From Bacillota bacterium (lineage in GTDB: Bacteria > Bacillota > Clostridia > Christensenellales > JAEXRW01): a DNA stretch of 64,000 nucleotides. Shown one piece after another: positions 1 through 9,039 of the stretch. Position numbers and translations under genes: made by a program. Position 1 is the stretch's first letter. Each line of letters begins with the position of its first letter. The notes under the pieces were generated by a model. The model was not told the origin of the DNA, did not search any database, and saw nothing but the letters and a program-made list of their open reading frames with translations. Location of the stretch: assembly GCA_023454175.1 (NCBI GenBank), contig JAEXRW010000037.1, positions 5,658-69,657 on the forward strand. Direction: 5' to 3'.

Positions 1-24
1 GCTAAACCTTTGGGGGATAGGGAT

Positions 25-1047
25 ATGAAACCAGTGGATGAATGGATCAGGCCATTGCAGGCGCCGAGCGGAATGGCTGCGGATACGATGAAGGAAATGT
101 ACCGGAAGATGTGCACCATCCGGGAATTTGACAGCAAGGTGCGCGAACTGTGGATGGCCAACAAGATCGCCGGCATCGCGCATGCCTATGTGGGTGCGGA
201 GGCCATCGGCGTGGGGGCGTGCGCGGCATTGAACCCCGACGACTACATCACGAGCACGCACCGTGGACATGGCCACACCATCGCAAAGGGCGCAGACCTG
301 AACACGATGATGGCGGAACTATACGGCAAATACGAGGGATACAACCGCGGCAAGGGCGGCTCGATGCATATCGCGGACGTGGAGCACGGGATGCTGGGGG
401 CAACAGGAATCGTGGGGAGCGGCATGCCCATCGCACTGGGCAGCGCATTATCGGCTTTTGTACTGAAGAACAAGAAGGTGACGATCTGCTTCCACGGGGA
501 CGGCGGCACCAACCAGGGCGTGTGGCACGAGAGCATCAACATGGCGGCAGCCTGGAAATTGCCCGCTGTGTTCCTCATCGAAAACAACCAGATGGCCATC
601 GCCACATGCATCAACACCGTGGCCTGCGAGACGGATCTGTACAAGCGGGCGGCAGGATACGGGATACCGGGCGTACTGGCGGACGGGTTCAATGTGTTCG
701 ACGTTTACAGCAAAGTCAGGGAAGCTGTTGAGAGGGCCAGGAACGGCGGGGGGCCGACGCTGATCGAATGCCGGTTCTTACGATTGCTCGGCCATTTCGT
801 GGCGGACGACCAGTGGTACCGGGATCTGGAAGCGGTGAAGCCGTACTGGGAACTGGACCCCATCCTGCGGCTGAAAGAATACATGGTGGAGAACAAACTG
901 GCAGCGGCGGAAGAAATGGACAATATCAACGAACAGGCAATAGCGGCCGTGGCGGAATCCATCCGCTACACCGAGGAAGACTGCAGTGAGCCGCCAGCCG
1001 AAACGCTCTATGAAGACCTGTACGCCAACGGCGAGATCATCGTGTGA
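25..1047 (+). CDS. TPP-dependent dehydrogenase E1 component, alpha subunit (pyruvate/acetoin dehydrogenase E1-alpha family)
   Basis: ORF 10..1047; ATG at 25 follows GGGGGATAGGGAT. Has HRGHGH and the TPP motif HGDGGTNQG...ENNQMAI. The beta subunit gene follows 12 nt downstream. Confidence 0.85.
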   Translation: MKPVDEWIRPLQAPSGMAADTMKEMYRKMCTIREFDSKVRELWMANKIAGIAHAYVGAEAIGVGACAALNPDDYITSTHRGHGHTIAKGADLNTMMAELYGKYEGYNRGKGGSMHIADVEHGMLGATGIVGSGMPIALGSALSAFVLKNKKVTICFHGDGGTNQGVWHESINMAAAWKLPAVFLIENNQMAIATCINTVACETDLYKRAAGYGIPGVLADGFNVFDVYSKVREAVERARNGGGPTLIECRFLRLLGHFVADDQWYRDLEAVKPYWELDPILRLKEYMVENKLAAAEEMDNINEQAIAAVAESIRYTEEDCSEPPAETLYEDLYANGEIIV

Positions 1048-1059
1048 GGATATGAAGCA

Positions 1060-2049
1060 ATGAGAAAGATAACGATACGCGAAGCCCTAAACGAGGCAAT
1101 GCATGAGGAAATGGCACGGGATCCCCGAGTCATTGTGCTGGGATGCGATGTGGGGAACCGGGGCGGCCCGTTTGGGATCACAAAAGGGATATTGGACCGG
1201 TTCGGGCCCGAACGGATCTGGGACACGCCGATCTCGGAGCCCGCCTTCACGGGAGCCGGCATCGGTGCGGCGGCGACGGGATTACGCCCGATCGTCGAGA
1301 TCCTGTACTCGGACTGGATCACGCTAGGCATGGACCAGATCGTAAACATGGCGGCCAAGATGCGCTACATGTTCGGCGGGAAGGTGAATATGCCGCTGGT
1401 GGTGCGGGCGCCCTTCGGGGCGGGGAACTGCTACGCGGCGCAGCACTCACAAAGCTTTGAAAACTGGTTCAACCACGTGCCGGGACTGAAAGTCGTGGCC
1501 CCCTGTACGCCGTACGACATGAAGGGATTGCTGAAGGCGTCCATCCGGGACGACAACCCGGTCATCTTCTTTGAGCACAAGCGGGCGTATGCCTTCAAAG
1601 GCGACGTGCCGGACGCGGGCGAGGACTACATCGTCCCCATCGGAAAGGCCAACGTCATTAAAGAAGGCAAAGACGCGACGGTGGTGACGTACTCCTATAT
1701 CACAACACGCGTGCTCAACGCAGTGAAACAACTGGAACAGGAAGAGAACGTATCCATCGAGATCATCGACCTTCGGACGATCCTGCCGCTGGACTACGAG
1801 ACGGTGATGGCATCCGTTGCAAAGACGGGCAGGCTGGTGGTGGTACACGAGGCCAACGTGCGTGGGGGACTGGGCGGTGACATCGTGGCGGAAGTCATTG
1901 ACAAGGGGTATGACGCACTGAAGGCGCCGCCGCTGCGGGTGGGCGGACTGAACGTGCCCATGCCCTACAACCGCGGGCTGGAGAGCCTGGTGATACCCGA
2001 CGAGAAGAAGATCAACGAAGCCATTAAAAGGGTGTTAACCTATAGATAG
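1060..2049 (+). CDS. TPP-dependent dehydrogenase E1 component, beta subunit (transketolase-like pyrimidine-binding and C-terminal domains)
   Basis: 329-aa ORF with E1-beta signatures (DTPISEPAFTGAGIGAA, VVAPCTPYD, IIDLRTILPLD), directly after the alpha subunit. Confidence 0.85.
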   Translation: MRKITIREALNEAMHEEMARDPRVIVLGCDVGNRGGPFGITKGILDRFGPERIWDTPISEPAFTGAGIGAAATGLRPIVEILYSDWITLGMDQIVNMAAKMRYMFGGKVNMPLVVRAPFGAGNCYAAQHSQSFENWFNHVPGLKVVAPCTPYDMKGLLKASIRDDNPVIFFEHKRAYAFKGDVPDAGEDYIVPIGKANVIKEGKDATVVTYSYITTRVLNAVKQLEQEENVSIEIIDLRTILPLDYETVMASVAKTGRLVVVHEANVRGGLGGDIVAEVIDKGYDALKAPPLRVGGLNVPMPYNRGLESLVIPDEKKINEAIKRVLTYR

Positions 2050-2110
2050 TTGAATACTGAGGATCGGATAAGCCGTTAAAATATGCAGCACAAAGGTAAT
2101 CCCTCCTCCA

Positions 2111-2175
2111 GTCGCCTGCGGCGACAGCCCCCTCGTCTGAGGGGACTAAGAAGTTGCAGATGCCGTTACGGGCAT
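2111..2175 (+). repeat. cluster of short perfect GC hairpins (GTCGCC-TGC-GGCGAC, CCCCTC-GTCT-GAGGGG, ATGCC..GGCAT)
   Basis: Base pairing checked by hand. The CCCTC-GTCT-GAGGG hairpin plus TAAG..GTTGC recurs at 58510..58545. Confidence 0.6.
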
Positions 2176-2330
2176 GATATAGAATAGCCCGGTGGAAAAC
2201 CTGATGATAGAGAAATATATATACCGATGATATAAACTATGAGATTAAACTGCTACCGGACTTAGTTTTCTTGCTGGATTAGTTTAAACCAATGGTTAAA
2301 ATACCTATACTGACCTTTATGGGGGCAAGC

Positions 2331-3167
2331 ATGAACGATACTGCGCAGGCATTACAAAAGACTGCAATGCAGATACGAAGGAAGATCATCGAGATGATCG
2401 GGGTGGGGAAGGCCGGGCACATCGGCGGGTCGTGCTCACTCGCGGAGGTCATGGCGGTGTTGTATTTCCACAAATTGCATATTGATCCCCAAAACCCGAA
2501 GCTGCCGGAGCGAGACAGGGTGATCCTGAGCAAGGGGCACTCAGCCCCGGTGCAGTATGCGTGCCTGGCCATGCTTGGTTACTTCGACGAATCGGAGTTC
2601 AACCAATTCAAGCGGCTCGGCGGAACCCTGCAGGGGCACCCAGACCTGACAAAGGTGCCCGGCATCGAAGCCAACACCGGCTCGCTGGGGCAGGGACTAT
2701 CAATGGCTGCGGGAATGGCCGCGGGACTGAAACTGGACGGCCTTCCGGCCAAAGTCTACTGCATCGTGGGGGACGGGGAGCTGGCGGAAGGACAGATCTG
2801 GGAGGCGGCAATGGCGGCGAGCCACTACAGGCTGGACAACCTGAGGATGATCATCGACAAGAACAACTACCAGGCGATGGGCGCCATATCTGCGCGGATG
2901 AACAGCAACCCGGTGAAGGAGAAGATGCTGGCTTTCGGCTGGCATGTCATCGAAGCGGACGGACACAACACGGCATCCATCATGAACGCGCTGGACGAGG
3001 CGGATACGTTGAAGGATAAACCCGTATGCATCATCGCCCGCACGATGAAGGGCAAGTGCATATCCTTTGCGGAAAATAACTGCGCATTTCACAACGGGAT
3101 CCTGACGCAGGAACTCTATGACACCGCGCTAAGCGATATCGGAAGAGGGGGTGGGGAAAATGCCTAA
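2331..3167 (+). CDS. transketolase, N-terminal (TPP-binding) subunit, copy 1
   Basis: ORF 2292..3167; ATG 2331 follows GGGGGCAAGC. Motifs GHIGGS, SKGH, GSLGQGL, GDGELAEGQIWEA. Overlaps the C-terminal subunit gene (ATGCCTAA). Confidence 0.85.
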   Translation: MNDTAQALQKTAMQIRRKIIEMIGVGKAGHIGGSCSLAEVMAVLYFHKLHIDPQNPKLPERDRVILSKGHSAPVQYACLAMLGYFDESEFNQFKRLGGTLQGHPDLTKVPGIEANTGSLGQGLSMAAGMAAGLKLDGLPAKVYCIVGDGELAEGQIWEAAMAASHYRLDNLRMIIDKNNYQAMGAISARMNSNPVKEKMLAFGWHVIEADGHNTASIMNALDEADTLKDKPVCIIARTMKGKCISFAENNCAFHNGILTQELYDTALSDIGRGGGENA

Positions 3168-4101
3168 GAGCAACCCGAGACAGGCCTACGGCGAGACGCT
3201 GGCGGAGCTGGGCGAAAAGGATGAAAACATCGTGGTGCTGGAGGCGGACCTGGGCAAATCCACCATGAGCTGCCTTTTCGAAACGAAATTCCCGGAGCGC
3301 TACTTCGAAATGGGGATCGCGGAGGCGAATATGACCTCTTTCGCGGCGGGGCTGGCGCTCACGGGCAAGACGGCCTTCACGAACAGCTTTGCGGTATTTG
3401 CCGGGGGGCGCAGCTACGACCAGATACGGCAGGGCATCTGCACGGCGAAGCTGAATGTGAAGATCATCGGCTCGAGCGCGGGATTATCCGATTTCGGCGA
3501 CGGAGCGACACACCAGAGCGTGGAGGATATGGCCATCCTACGGGCCATCCCAAACATGACGGTGCTGGCGCCGATGGACGCCATCGAAACAAGGAAGATG
3601 ACCGAATACCTGGCCGGGCACAAGGGGCCTGCATACATGCGTATCTCCCGCAACGACACGGAGGAACAGTACCCTGCGGACAGGCCTTTTGAACCCGGCA
3701 AGCCGCTGGTATTGCGGGAGGGGAAAGACGTATGCATCCTGGCGTGCGGGGTGATGGTGGAAAAGGCGCTGGAAGCCGCAGCCAAACTCATAAAGGAAGG
3801 CATCGACGCGAAGGTAGCCAACGTGAGCACGCTGAAACCCTTCCCGGAGGAAGCCATCCGTGAATTCGCCGCGGGATGCAGGGGCGTGGTCACAGCGGAG
3901 GAGCATTCCATCATCGGCGGGCTGGGGAGCGCGGTATGCAGCGCACTTTCCGAAAGCAGGACTCCAGTGAAAATGGTGGGGATACAGGACGTATTCGGTC
4001 AATCGGCATCCAACCACGAGGAGCTGCTGGAACACTACGGGCTCACAGCCGATGCGATCGCAGACGCATGCAAGGCCTTTATTCAGAATTGCAACGAATA
4101 G
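3160..4101 (+). CDS. transketolase, C-terminal (pyrimidine-binding) subunit, copy 1
   Basis: ORF 3151..4101; ATG 3160 follows GGGGGTGGGG. Motifs FEMGIAEANM, GATHQSVEDMAILRAIPNM. Confidence 0.85.
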   Translation: MPKSNPRQAYGETLAELGEKDENIVVLEADLGKSTMSCLFETKFPERYFEMGIAEANMTSFAAGLALTGKTAFTNSFAVFAGGRSYDQIRQGICTAKLNVKIIGSSAGLSDFGDGATHQSVEDMAILRAIPNMTVLAPMDAIETRKMTEYLAGHKGPAYMRISRNDTEEQYPADRPFEPGKPLVLREGKDVCILACGVMVEKALEAAAKLIKEGIDAKVANVSTLKPFPEEAIREFAAGCRGVVTAEEHSIIGGLGSAVCSALSESRTPVKMVGIQDVFGQSASNHEELLEHYGLTADAIADACKAFIQNCNE

Positions 4102-4124
4102 CGTACATAAAGGAGGCGCCCGGG

Positions 4125-5258
4125 ATGAAAACGGTGAATGTCGGCCTGATCGGCCACAAATTTATGGGAAAAGCACACAGCCACGCGCTCTACGACCTGA
4201 ACTTTTTCTTCGAGACGGACGCAAAACCGGTGATGAAGACCATCTGCGGCATTGGGGACGACCTGCCTGCGGTGGCCTCCAGATACGGCTGGCAGAACCA
4301 TGAGACGGACTGGAAGAAAGTCGTTGAAGACCCCGACATCCAGGCCATCGACATCGCGACGCCCGAAAACACGCACAAAGAGATCGCCCTCGCGGCGGCT
4401 GCAAACGGGAAACATGTATTCTGCGAGAAGCCCATGGCCATCTCCTACGCGGAGACGGTGCAGATGTACGAGGCCGTGCATGCGGCGGGCGTGAAGCACA
4501 TGGTGGATTTCAATTACCGGACGCTCCCGGCCATCCGCCTGGCAAAACAGCTTATTACTGAGGGTAAAATCGGTAAGATATACAGTTTTAAGGCGCAATA
4601 CATGCAGGACTGGGGGCTCTCCCCCGCGACGCCCTTCCTGTGGCGCATGGACGCAAAGGCGGCGGGTCGGGGACCGACGGAAGCGGGCAGCCATATCGTG
4701 GACCTGGCAAGGTACCTGGCGGGCGAGATCGAACAGGTGGCAGCTACCTATAATATCGTGGTCAAAGAACGCAAAGATATTGCCACCGGGGCTAATAAGG
4801 AAGTTACCAGTGAGGACAACACGGTCTTTATCGTGCGGTTCACCGAAGGGGCCATCGGCATGTTTGAGACGAGCCGGGTGACGGCAGGCAGGAAGAACGC
4901 ATTGCTACTCGAAATAAACGGCTCAAAAGGAAGCATCCGCTTCAACCTGGAGCGGCTGGACGAGCTGGAAGTGTACCTGGAGGAAGACCCCGCTTACATC
5001 CAGGGATTCCGCACCGTCATCGCGACGCAGCCCGAGCATATGTACATCAAAAACTGGTGGCCGACGGGGCATATCATCGGGTGGGAGCACACATTCGTGC
5101 ACCAATACTATGAATTCATCCAGGCTATCGCCCAGGACCGGCTGCCCTCCCCGAACTTCCATGACGGGATGAAATGCCAGCAGGTCATCGAGGCCGTGTG
5201 GCTGGCGGGCGAGGAGAAGCGCTGGGTGAAGGTAGAAGACGTGGGACAGGGGCGATAG
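4125..5258 (+). CDS. Gfo/Idh/MocA family NAD(P)-dependent oxidoreductase
   Basis: ATG 4125 follows AGGAGG. N-terminal Rossmann GLIGHKFMGKAHS and the EKP motif (VFCEKPMA). Paralogue of 33224..34390. Confidence 0.85.
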   Translation: MKTVNVGLIGHKFMGKAHSHALYDLNFFFETDAKPVMKTICGIGDDLPAVASRYGWQNHETDWKKVVEDPDIQAIDIATPENTHKEIALAAAANGKHVFCEKPMAISYAETVQMYEAVHAAGVKHMVDFNYRTLPAIRLAKQLITEGKIGKIYSFKAQYMQDWGLSPATPFLWRMDAKAAGRGPTEAGSHIVDLARYLAGEIEQVAATYNIVVKERKDIATGANKEVTSEDNTVFIVRFTEGAIGMFETSRVTAGRKNALLLEINGSKGSIRFNLERLDELEVYLEEDPAYIQGFRTVIATQPEHMYIKNWWPTGHIIGWEHTFVHQYYEFIQAIAQDRLPSPNFHDGMKCQQVIEAVWLAGEEKRWVKVEDVGQGR

Positions 5259-5260
5259 AC

Positions 5261-6292
5261 ATGAAAGCACTGATGAAAATGAGCCATGACGTGGGGGACG
5301 TCCATCTGCAGGACATCCCGGAGCCGGAATGCCGGCCGGGTATGGTAAAGGTCAAAATCAAGTACTGCGGTATCTGCGGGACGGATCTGCACATCTACCA
5401 CGATACATTCACGTATTACCCGCCGGTGATCATGGGGCACGAAATGTCGGGCACCGTTATTGAAACCGGTGAGGGCATCACGGACATCCAAAAAGGGGAC
5501 CGGGTGGCCATCCTGGGCTCGACGATGATCACATGCGGGACATGCGAATACTGCCGGGCGGGATACTACATGTTTTGCAAAACGCGGCGGGGGATGGGGC
5601 ACGGCACGCACGGGGGATTTACGGAGTACGTGGTGGTGCGGGAAGACCAGTGCTACAAACTGCCCGAAAACGTATCGTACGAGACGGGCGCGGTGATCGA
5701 AGCCTTCGCCACATCGGTGCAGGCAGTGGAGGAATTAATACCCTTCGGCCCGGGGGATACGGTATTGATCTCCGGCCCCGGACCCATCGGCCTGCTGACG
5801 CTGGCGCTGGTCGTGGCCCACGGGTGCAGGGTTATTGTTGCGGGAACGGCGAGCGACTCGAAACGGCTGGAGACCGCGCTGAAAATGGGCGCCGCGGCCA
5901 CCATCGACGTAGGGCAGCAGGACCTCGTTGAGACTGTAAAGACCCTGACGAACGGCAGGGGTGCTGACATCGCCATCGACTGCTCGGGCGCGGCGAAGTC
6001 CATCGACGCATGCCTTTCGGCGCTGCGCAACATGGGAACGCATATCCAGCTCGGCATCGCGGGGAAACCCATCACCATGGACTTTGACAAGACGATCTTC
6101 AAGCGGATCCAGGTATTCGGCTCGGTGGGGCATTCGCTGAAAACCTGGGACACGGCGATGCGCATCCTGGGGCAGAACAAGGTGGACCTGGGGCCCGTCA
6201 TCTCCCATATCATGCCGCTCGCCGAGTGGGAAAAGGCGTTTGACATGCTGGAGAAAAAGGATGCGCTGAAGATACTGCTTCAATGCAGTTGA
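5261..6292 (+). CDS. zinc-dependent alcohol/polyol dehydrogenase (MDR family, sorbitol/threonine dehydrogenase-like)
   Basis: ATG 5261. Motifs CGICGTDLH, GHEMSG, structural-Zn Cys cluster CGTCEYCRAGYYMFC, GPGPIG NAD fold. Confidence 0.85.
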   Translation: MKALMKMSHDVGDVHLQDIPEPECRPGMVKVKIKYCGICGTDLHIYHDTFTYYPPVIMGHEMSGTVIETGEGITDIQKGDRVAILGSTMITCGTCEYCRAGYYMFCKTRRGMGHGTHGGFTEYVVVREDQCYKLPENVSYETGAVIEAFATSVQAVEELIPFGPGDTVLISGPGPIGLLTLALVVAHGCRVIVAGTASDSKRLETALKMGAAATIDVGQQDLVETVKTLTNGRGADIAIDCSGAAKSIDACLSALRNMGTHIQLGIAGKPITMDFDKTIFKRIQVFGSVGHSLKTWDTAMRILGQNKVDLGPVISHIMPLAEWEKAFDMLEKKDALKILLQCS

Positions 6293-6363
6293 GAGTTGAT
6301 AGTTGAGAGTTGAGAGTTGCGGTAAGCCCCTCGGGCATGGATTATAAATTGGGGCACTGCCCC
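6287..6363 (+). repeat. stop-heptad array (AGTTGAG AGTTGAT AGTTGAG AGTTGAG AGTTGCG) plus hairpins GCCC-CTC-GGGC and GGGGC-ACT-GCCCC
   Basis: Five 7-nt units at 6287..6321. The ADH stop TGA (6290..6292) lies in unit 1. Hairpins at 6326..6336 and 6351..6363 flank ATTATAA. Confidence 0.85.
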
Positions 6364-6422
6364 ACACCCCGTTTCTTTTCTTGTAGAAAAGAAACAAAAG
6401 ACTTGCATAAGAGGTGAAGGAT

Positions 6423-7217
6423 ATGAGGCTGAAGGACAAGACCGTATTGATCACGGGGGCCAGCAAGGGGATCGGGAAGGCGCTGGCCATCGGGATGGCA
6501 AAGGAAGGCGCGGATATTATCATCAACTACAACAGCGACAAAAAGGGCGCGGAGGACACGAAGGCGGCCGTTGAGGCGCTGGGAAGAAAAGCGTGGATCG
6601 AGCAGTGTGACATCAGCAGCACGGACTCCATCTTTGCGATGTATAAACGCATCCAAACGTATACGAAGCAGATCGACGTGCTGGTGAACAACGCTGCCAT
6701 CACAGGGTGGGGGAAGGTATTCGAACTGACACCCGAAAAATGGGACTATGTGATCAACACGAACCTGCGGGGCACCTTTTTCTGCTCGGTGGAAGCCGCG
6801 AGGATGATGAAGGAGCACGGCGGCGGGTCCATCATCAACATCTCCACCAACTGCGCGGAGCTGGGCGTGAAGAACCTGGTGGCGTACTCCTCCAGCAAGG
6901 GCGGGGTGCACGCGATGACGAAGCAGCTGGCCATCGAACTGGCACAGTACAAAATACGCGTCAATACCTTTGCCCCGGGGCCCACGAACGTGGAGCGGAA
7001 CCTCTCGGACGACCCGGAATACCGGACGTCCTGGGGGAGCATGGTACCCATGAAGCGCACCGCGGACGCGGAAGAAATGGTGGGGCCGGCGGTATTCCTG
7101 GCATGCGAGGACTCCTCGTATATGACGGGGCAGGTCTTTTTCGTGGACGGAGGCTGGACGGTACAGGGCAAGATACCCGAGGCCAATGCCGAGATGGCGG
7201 CAAATAAGAACAAGTGA
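6423..7217 (+). CDS. SDR family oxidoreductase
   Basis: ATG 6423 follows GAGGTGAAGG. Motifs TGASKGIG, NNAA, and YSSSK of the catalytic tetrad. Confidence 0.85.
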   Translation: MRLKDKTVLITGASKGIGKALAIGMAKEGADIIINYNSDKKGAEDTKAAVEALGRKAWIEQCDISSTDSIFAMYKRIQTYTKQIDVLVNNAAITGWGKVFELTPEKWDYVINTNLRGTFFCSVEAARMMKEHGGGSIINISTNCAELGVKNLVAYSSSKGGVHAMTKQLAIELAQYKIRVNTFAPGPTNVERNLSDDPEYRTSWGSMVPMKRTADAEEMVGPAVFLACEDSSYMTGQVFFVDGGWTVQGKIPEANAEMAANKNK

Positions 7218-7233
7218 GGTAAGATCAAGGATC

Positions 7234-8064
7234 ATGTTAGACAACGGGAAACTGGAAGAACTGAAACGAACGACACAGACGCTGAAATGCGACGTGGTGG
7301 ATATGGTGCACAAGGCGGGGTCGGGCCACCTGGGCGGGTCCTTTTCCGCGGCGGAAATGGTGAGCTACCTGTATTTCCACAAGATGAAGGCAGACCCGCA
7401 AAACCCGAAATGGGAGGATCGGGACCGGTTCCTGCTCTCCAAGGGGCATTGCGGGCCGATCCAGTATGCGGCACTGGCGCGGAAGGGGTTCTTCCCATTG
7501 GCTATACTGGATACCCTCCGGGATATCGACAGCATATTGCAGGGGCACCCGGACTGGAACAAGACGCCGGGCATCGAGATGACGACCGGTTCGCTGGGGC
7601 AGGGCCTCTCCATCGCGACGGGGATGGCGCTGGCGGGCAAACTGCAAAAAAAGGATCATACCGTCTACGCGATGATGGGGGACGGGGAGATGCAGAGCGG
7701 GATGATCTGGGAAGCCGTGATGTACGCCGGACACCGGGGACTCGACAATCTGGTGGCCATCGTGGACAACAACCGGATCCAGTGCGACGGGAAGACGCAG
7801 GACATCTCCGCTGTGGAGCCGCTGGAAGACAAATTCAAGGCGTTCAACTGGGAAGTATTCAGCGTGGACGGGCATGACTTCACCAGCATCGACGAGGCAT
7901 TTTCTAAATTAAATATGAAAAGCGGCAAACCCAAGGCGATCATCTCCTATACCACCAAAGGCAAAGGCGTATCCTTCATGGAGTGCACAGCCAAATGGCA
8001 TGGCGGCGCGCCGAACGACGAACAGGCGCAGAAGGCATTAGACGAAATACGGGGGGCGTGCTGA
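7234..8064 (+). CDS. transketolase, N-terminal (TPP-binding) subunit, copy 2
   Basis: ATG 7234. Motifs GHLGGS, SKGH, GSLGQGL, GDGEMQSGMIWEA. Clearly diverged paralogue of copy 1. Confidence 0.85.
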   Translation: MLDNGKLEELKRTTQTLKCDVVDMVHKAGSGHLGGSFSAAEMVSYLYFHKMKADPQNPKWEDRDRFLLSKGHCGPIQYAALARKGFFPLAILDTLRDIDSILQGHPDWNKTPGIEMTTGSLGQGLSIATGMALAGKLQKKDHTVYAMMGDGEMQSGMIWEAVMYAGHRGLDNLVAIVDNNRIQCDGKTQDISAVEPLEDKFKAFNWEVFSVDGHDFTSIDEAFSKLNMKSGKPKAIISYTTKGKGVSFMECTAKWHGGAPNDEQAQKALDEIRGAC

Positions 8065-8065
8065 A

Positions 8066-8998
8066 ATGGCGGAATCAAACAGGACTGCATACGGAAGAGC
8101 GCTGGCCGAGCTGGCAGATATAGACCCGATGGTGGTGGCGCTGGACGGGGACGTTTCGGGCTCCACCAACACCATCCTGCTGGGGAAAAAATACCCCGAA
8201 CGCTTCTTCAATGTGGGGGTGGCGGAACAAAACGAGGTGGGCATCGCGGCGGGACTGGCCGTCTCGGGATTCAAACCCTATGTGAGCACGTTCGCGACAT
8301 TTGCGAGCATGCGCGCGTGCGACCAAGTACGGCAATCCCTGGCATATGGCAAACTGAATGTCAAAGTCGTTGCCACCAATGCGGGGATAGAGAACAACGG
8401 GGACGGCGTGACGCACCAGGCCATCGAGGATATCGCCATCATGCGGGCGATGCCAAACATGATGGTGGTATGCCCATCGGATCCTATTTCCACGCGCAAG
8501 GCCGTATTTGCCCTCTACAACACCACGGGGCCGGCATACATGCGGCTGGGGCGGTATGAAAGCGACGTCATCTACAACGAAGACATGGAATTCGAACTTG
8601 GCAAGATGATCCAATTACGTGAAGGCAATGACCTGACCCTCATCGCTACGGGCAGGATGGTATACGAGGGGGTAAAGGCGGCGGAGGAACTGGCCAGCAA
8701 AGGCATCCAGTGCAGGGTACTGGACTGCCACACGATCAAACCCATCGACCGGGAGGCCATCATCCGGGCCGCGAAAGAGACCAAAGGCATCATTACCATA
8801 GAAGACCACAGCATCATCGGCGGCCTGGGCGGCGCGGTATGCGAGGTGGTATGCGAAACATGTCCGACCAAAGTTGAGCGCATCGGCGTGCAGGATGTAT
8901 TCGCACGGTCATCCCGTGATTACCGTCAGCTGTACGAACGGTACGGGCTGACGGCGGCGCATATCGTGAAGAAAGCGCTGGAGATAGTTAATAGTTAA
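8066..8998 (+). CDS. transketolase, C-terminal subunit, copy 2
   Basis: ATG 8066 lies 1 nt after the upstream stop (TGAAATG). Motifs FNVGVAEQN, GVTHQAIEDIAIMRAMPNM. Confidence 0.85.
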   Translation: MAESNRTAYGRALAELADIDPMVVALDGDVSGSTNTILLGKKYPERFFNVGVAEQNEVGIAAGLAVSGFKPYVSTFATFASMRACDQVRQSLAYGKLNVKVVATNAGIENNGDGVTHQAIEDIAIMRAMPNMMVVCPSDPISTRKAVFALYNTTGPAYMRLGRYESDVIYNEDMEFELGKMIQLREGNDLTLIATGRMVYEGVKAAEELASKGIQCRVLDCHTIKPIDREAIIRAAKETKGIITIEDHSIIGGLGGAVCEVVCETCPTKVERIGVQDVFARSSRDYRQLYERYGLTAAHIVKKALEIVNS

Positions 8999-9037
8999 TA
9001 GTAATGCCTTCGGCATGATTATTAAACCCTGTGGGGT
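8986..9037 (+). repeat. stop-heptad array (AGTTAAT AGTTAAT AGTAATG) plus hairpins ATGCC-TTC-GGCAT and CCC-TGT-GGG
   Basis: The gene stop TAA 8996..8998 lies in unit 2, and the last codons (V N S) are encoded by the array. Hairpin at 9004..9016. Confidence 0.8.
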
Positions 9038-9039
9038 TC

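Noticed and set aside
1-2049. Calling the E1 alpha/beta pair definitively orphan
   Set aside because: The window starts at this gene, so E2/E3 genes could lie just upstream. Only their absence downstream is established.
6287-6321. Tandem heptamer arrays considered as CRISPR arrays or as coding low-complexity repeats
   Set aside because: The period is 7 nt with no spacers, so they are not CRISPR. The period is not a multiple of 3 and every frame is closed by TAA/TGA, so they cannot encode a repeat protein beyond the few terminal codons noted.
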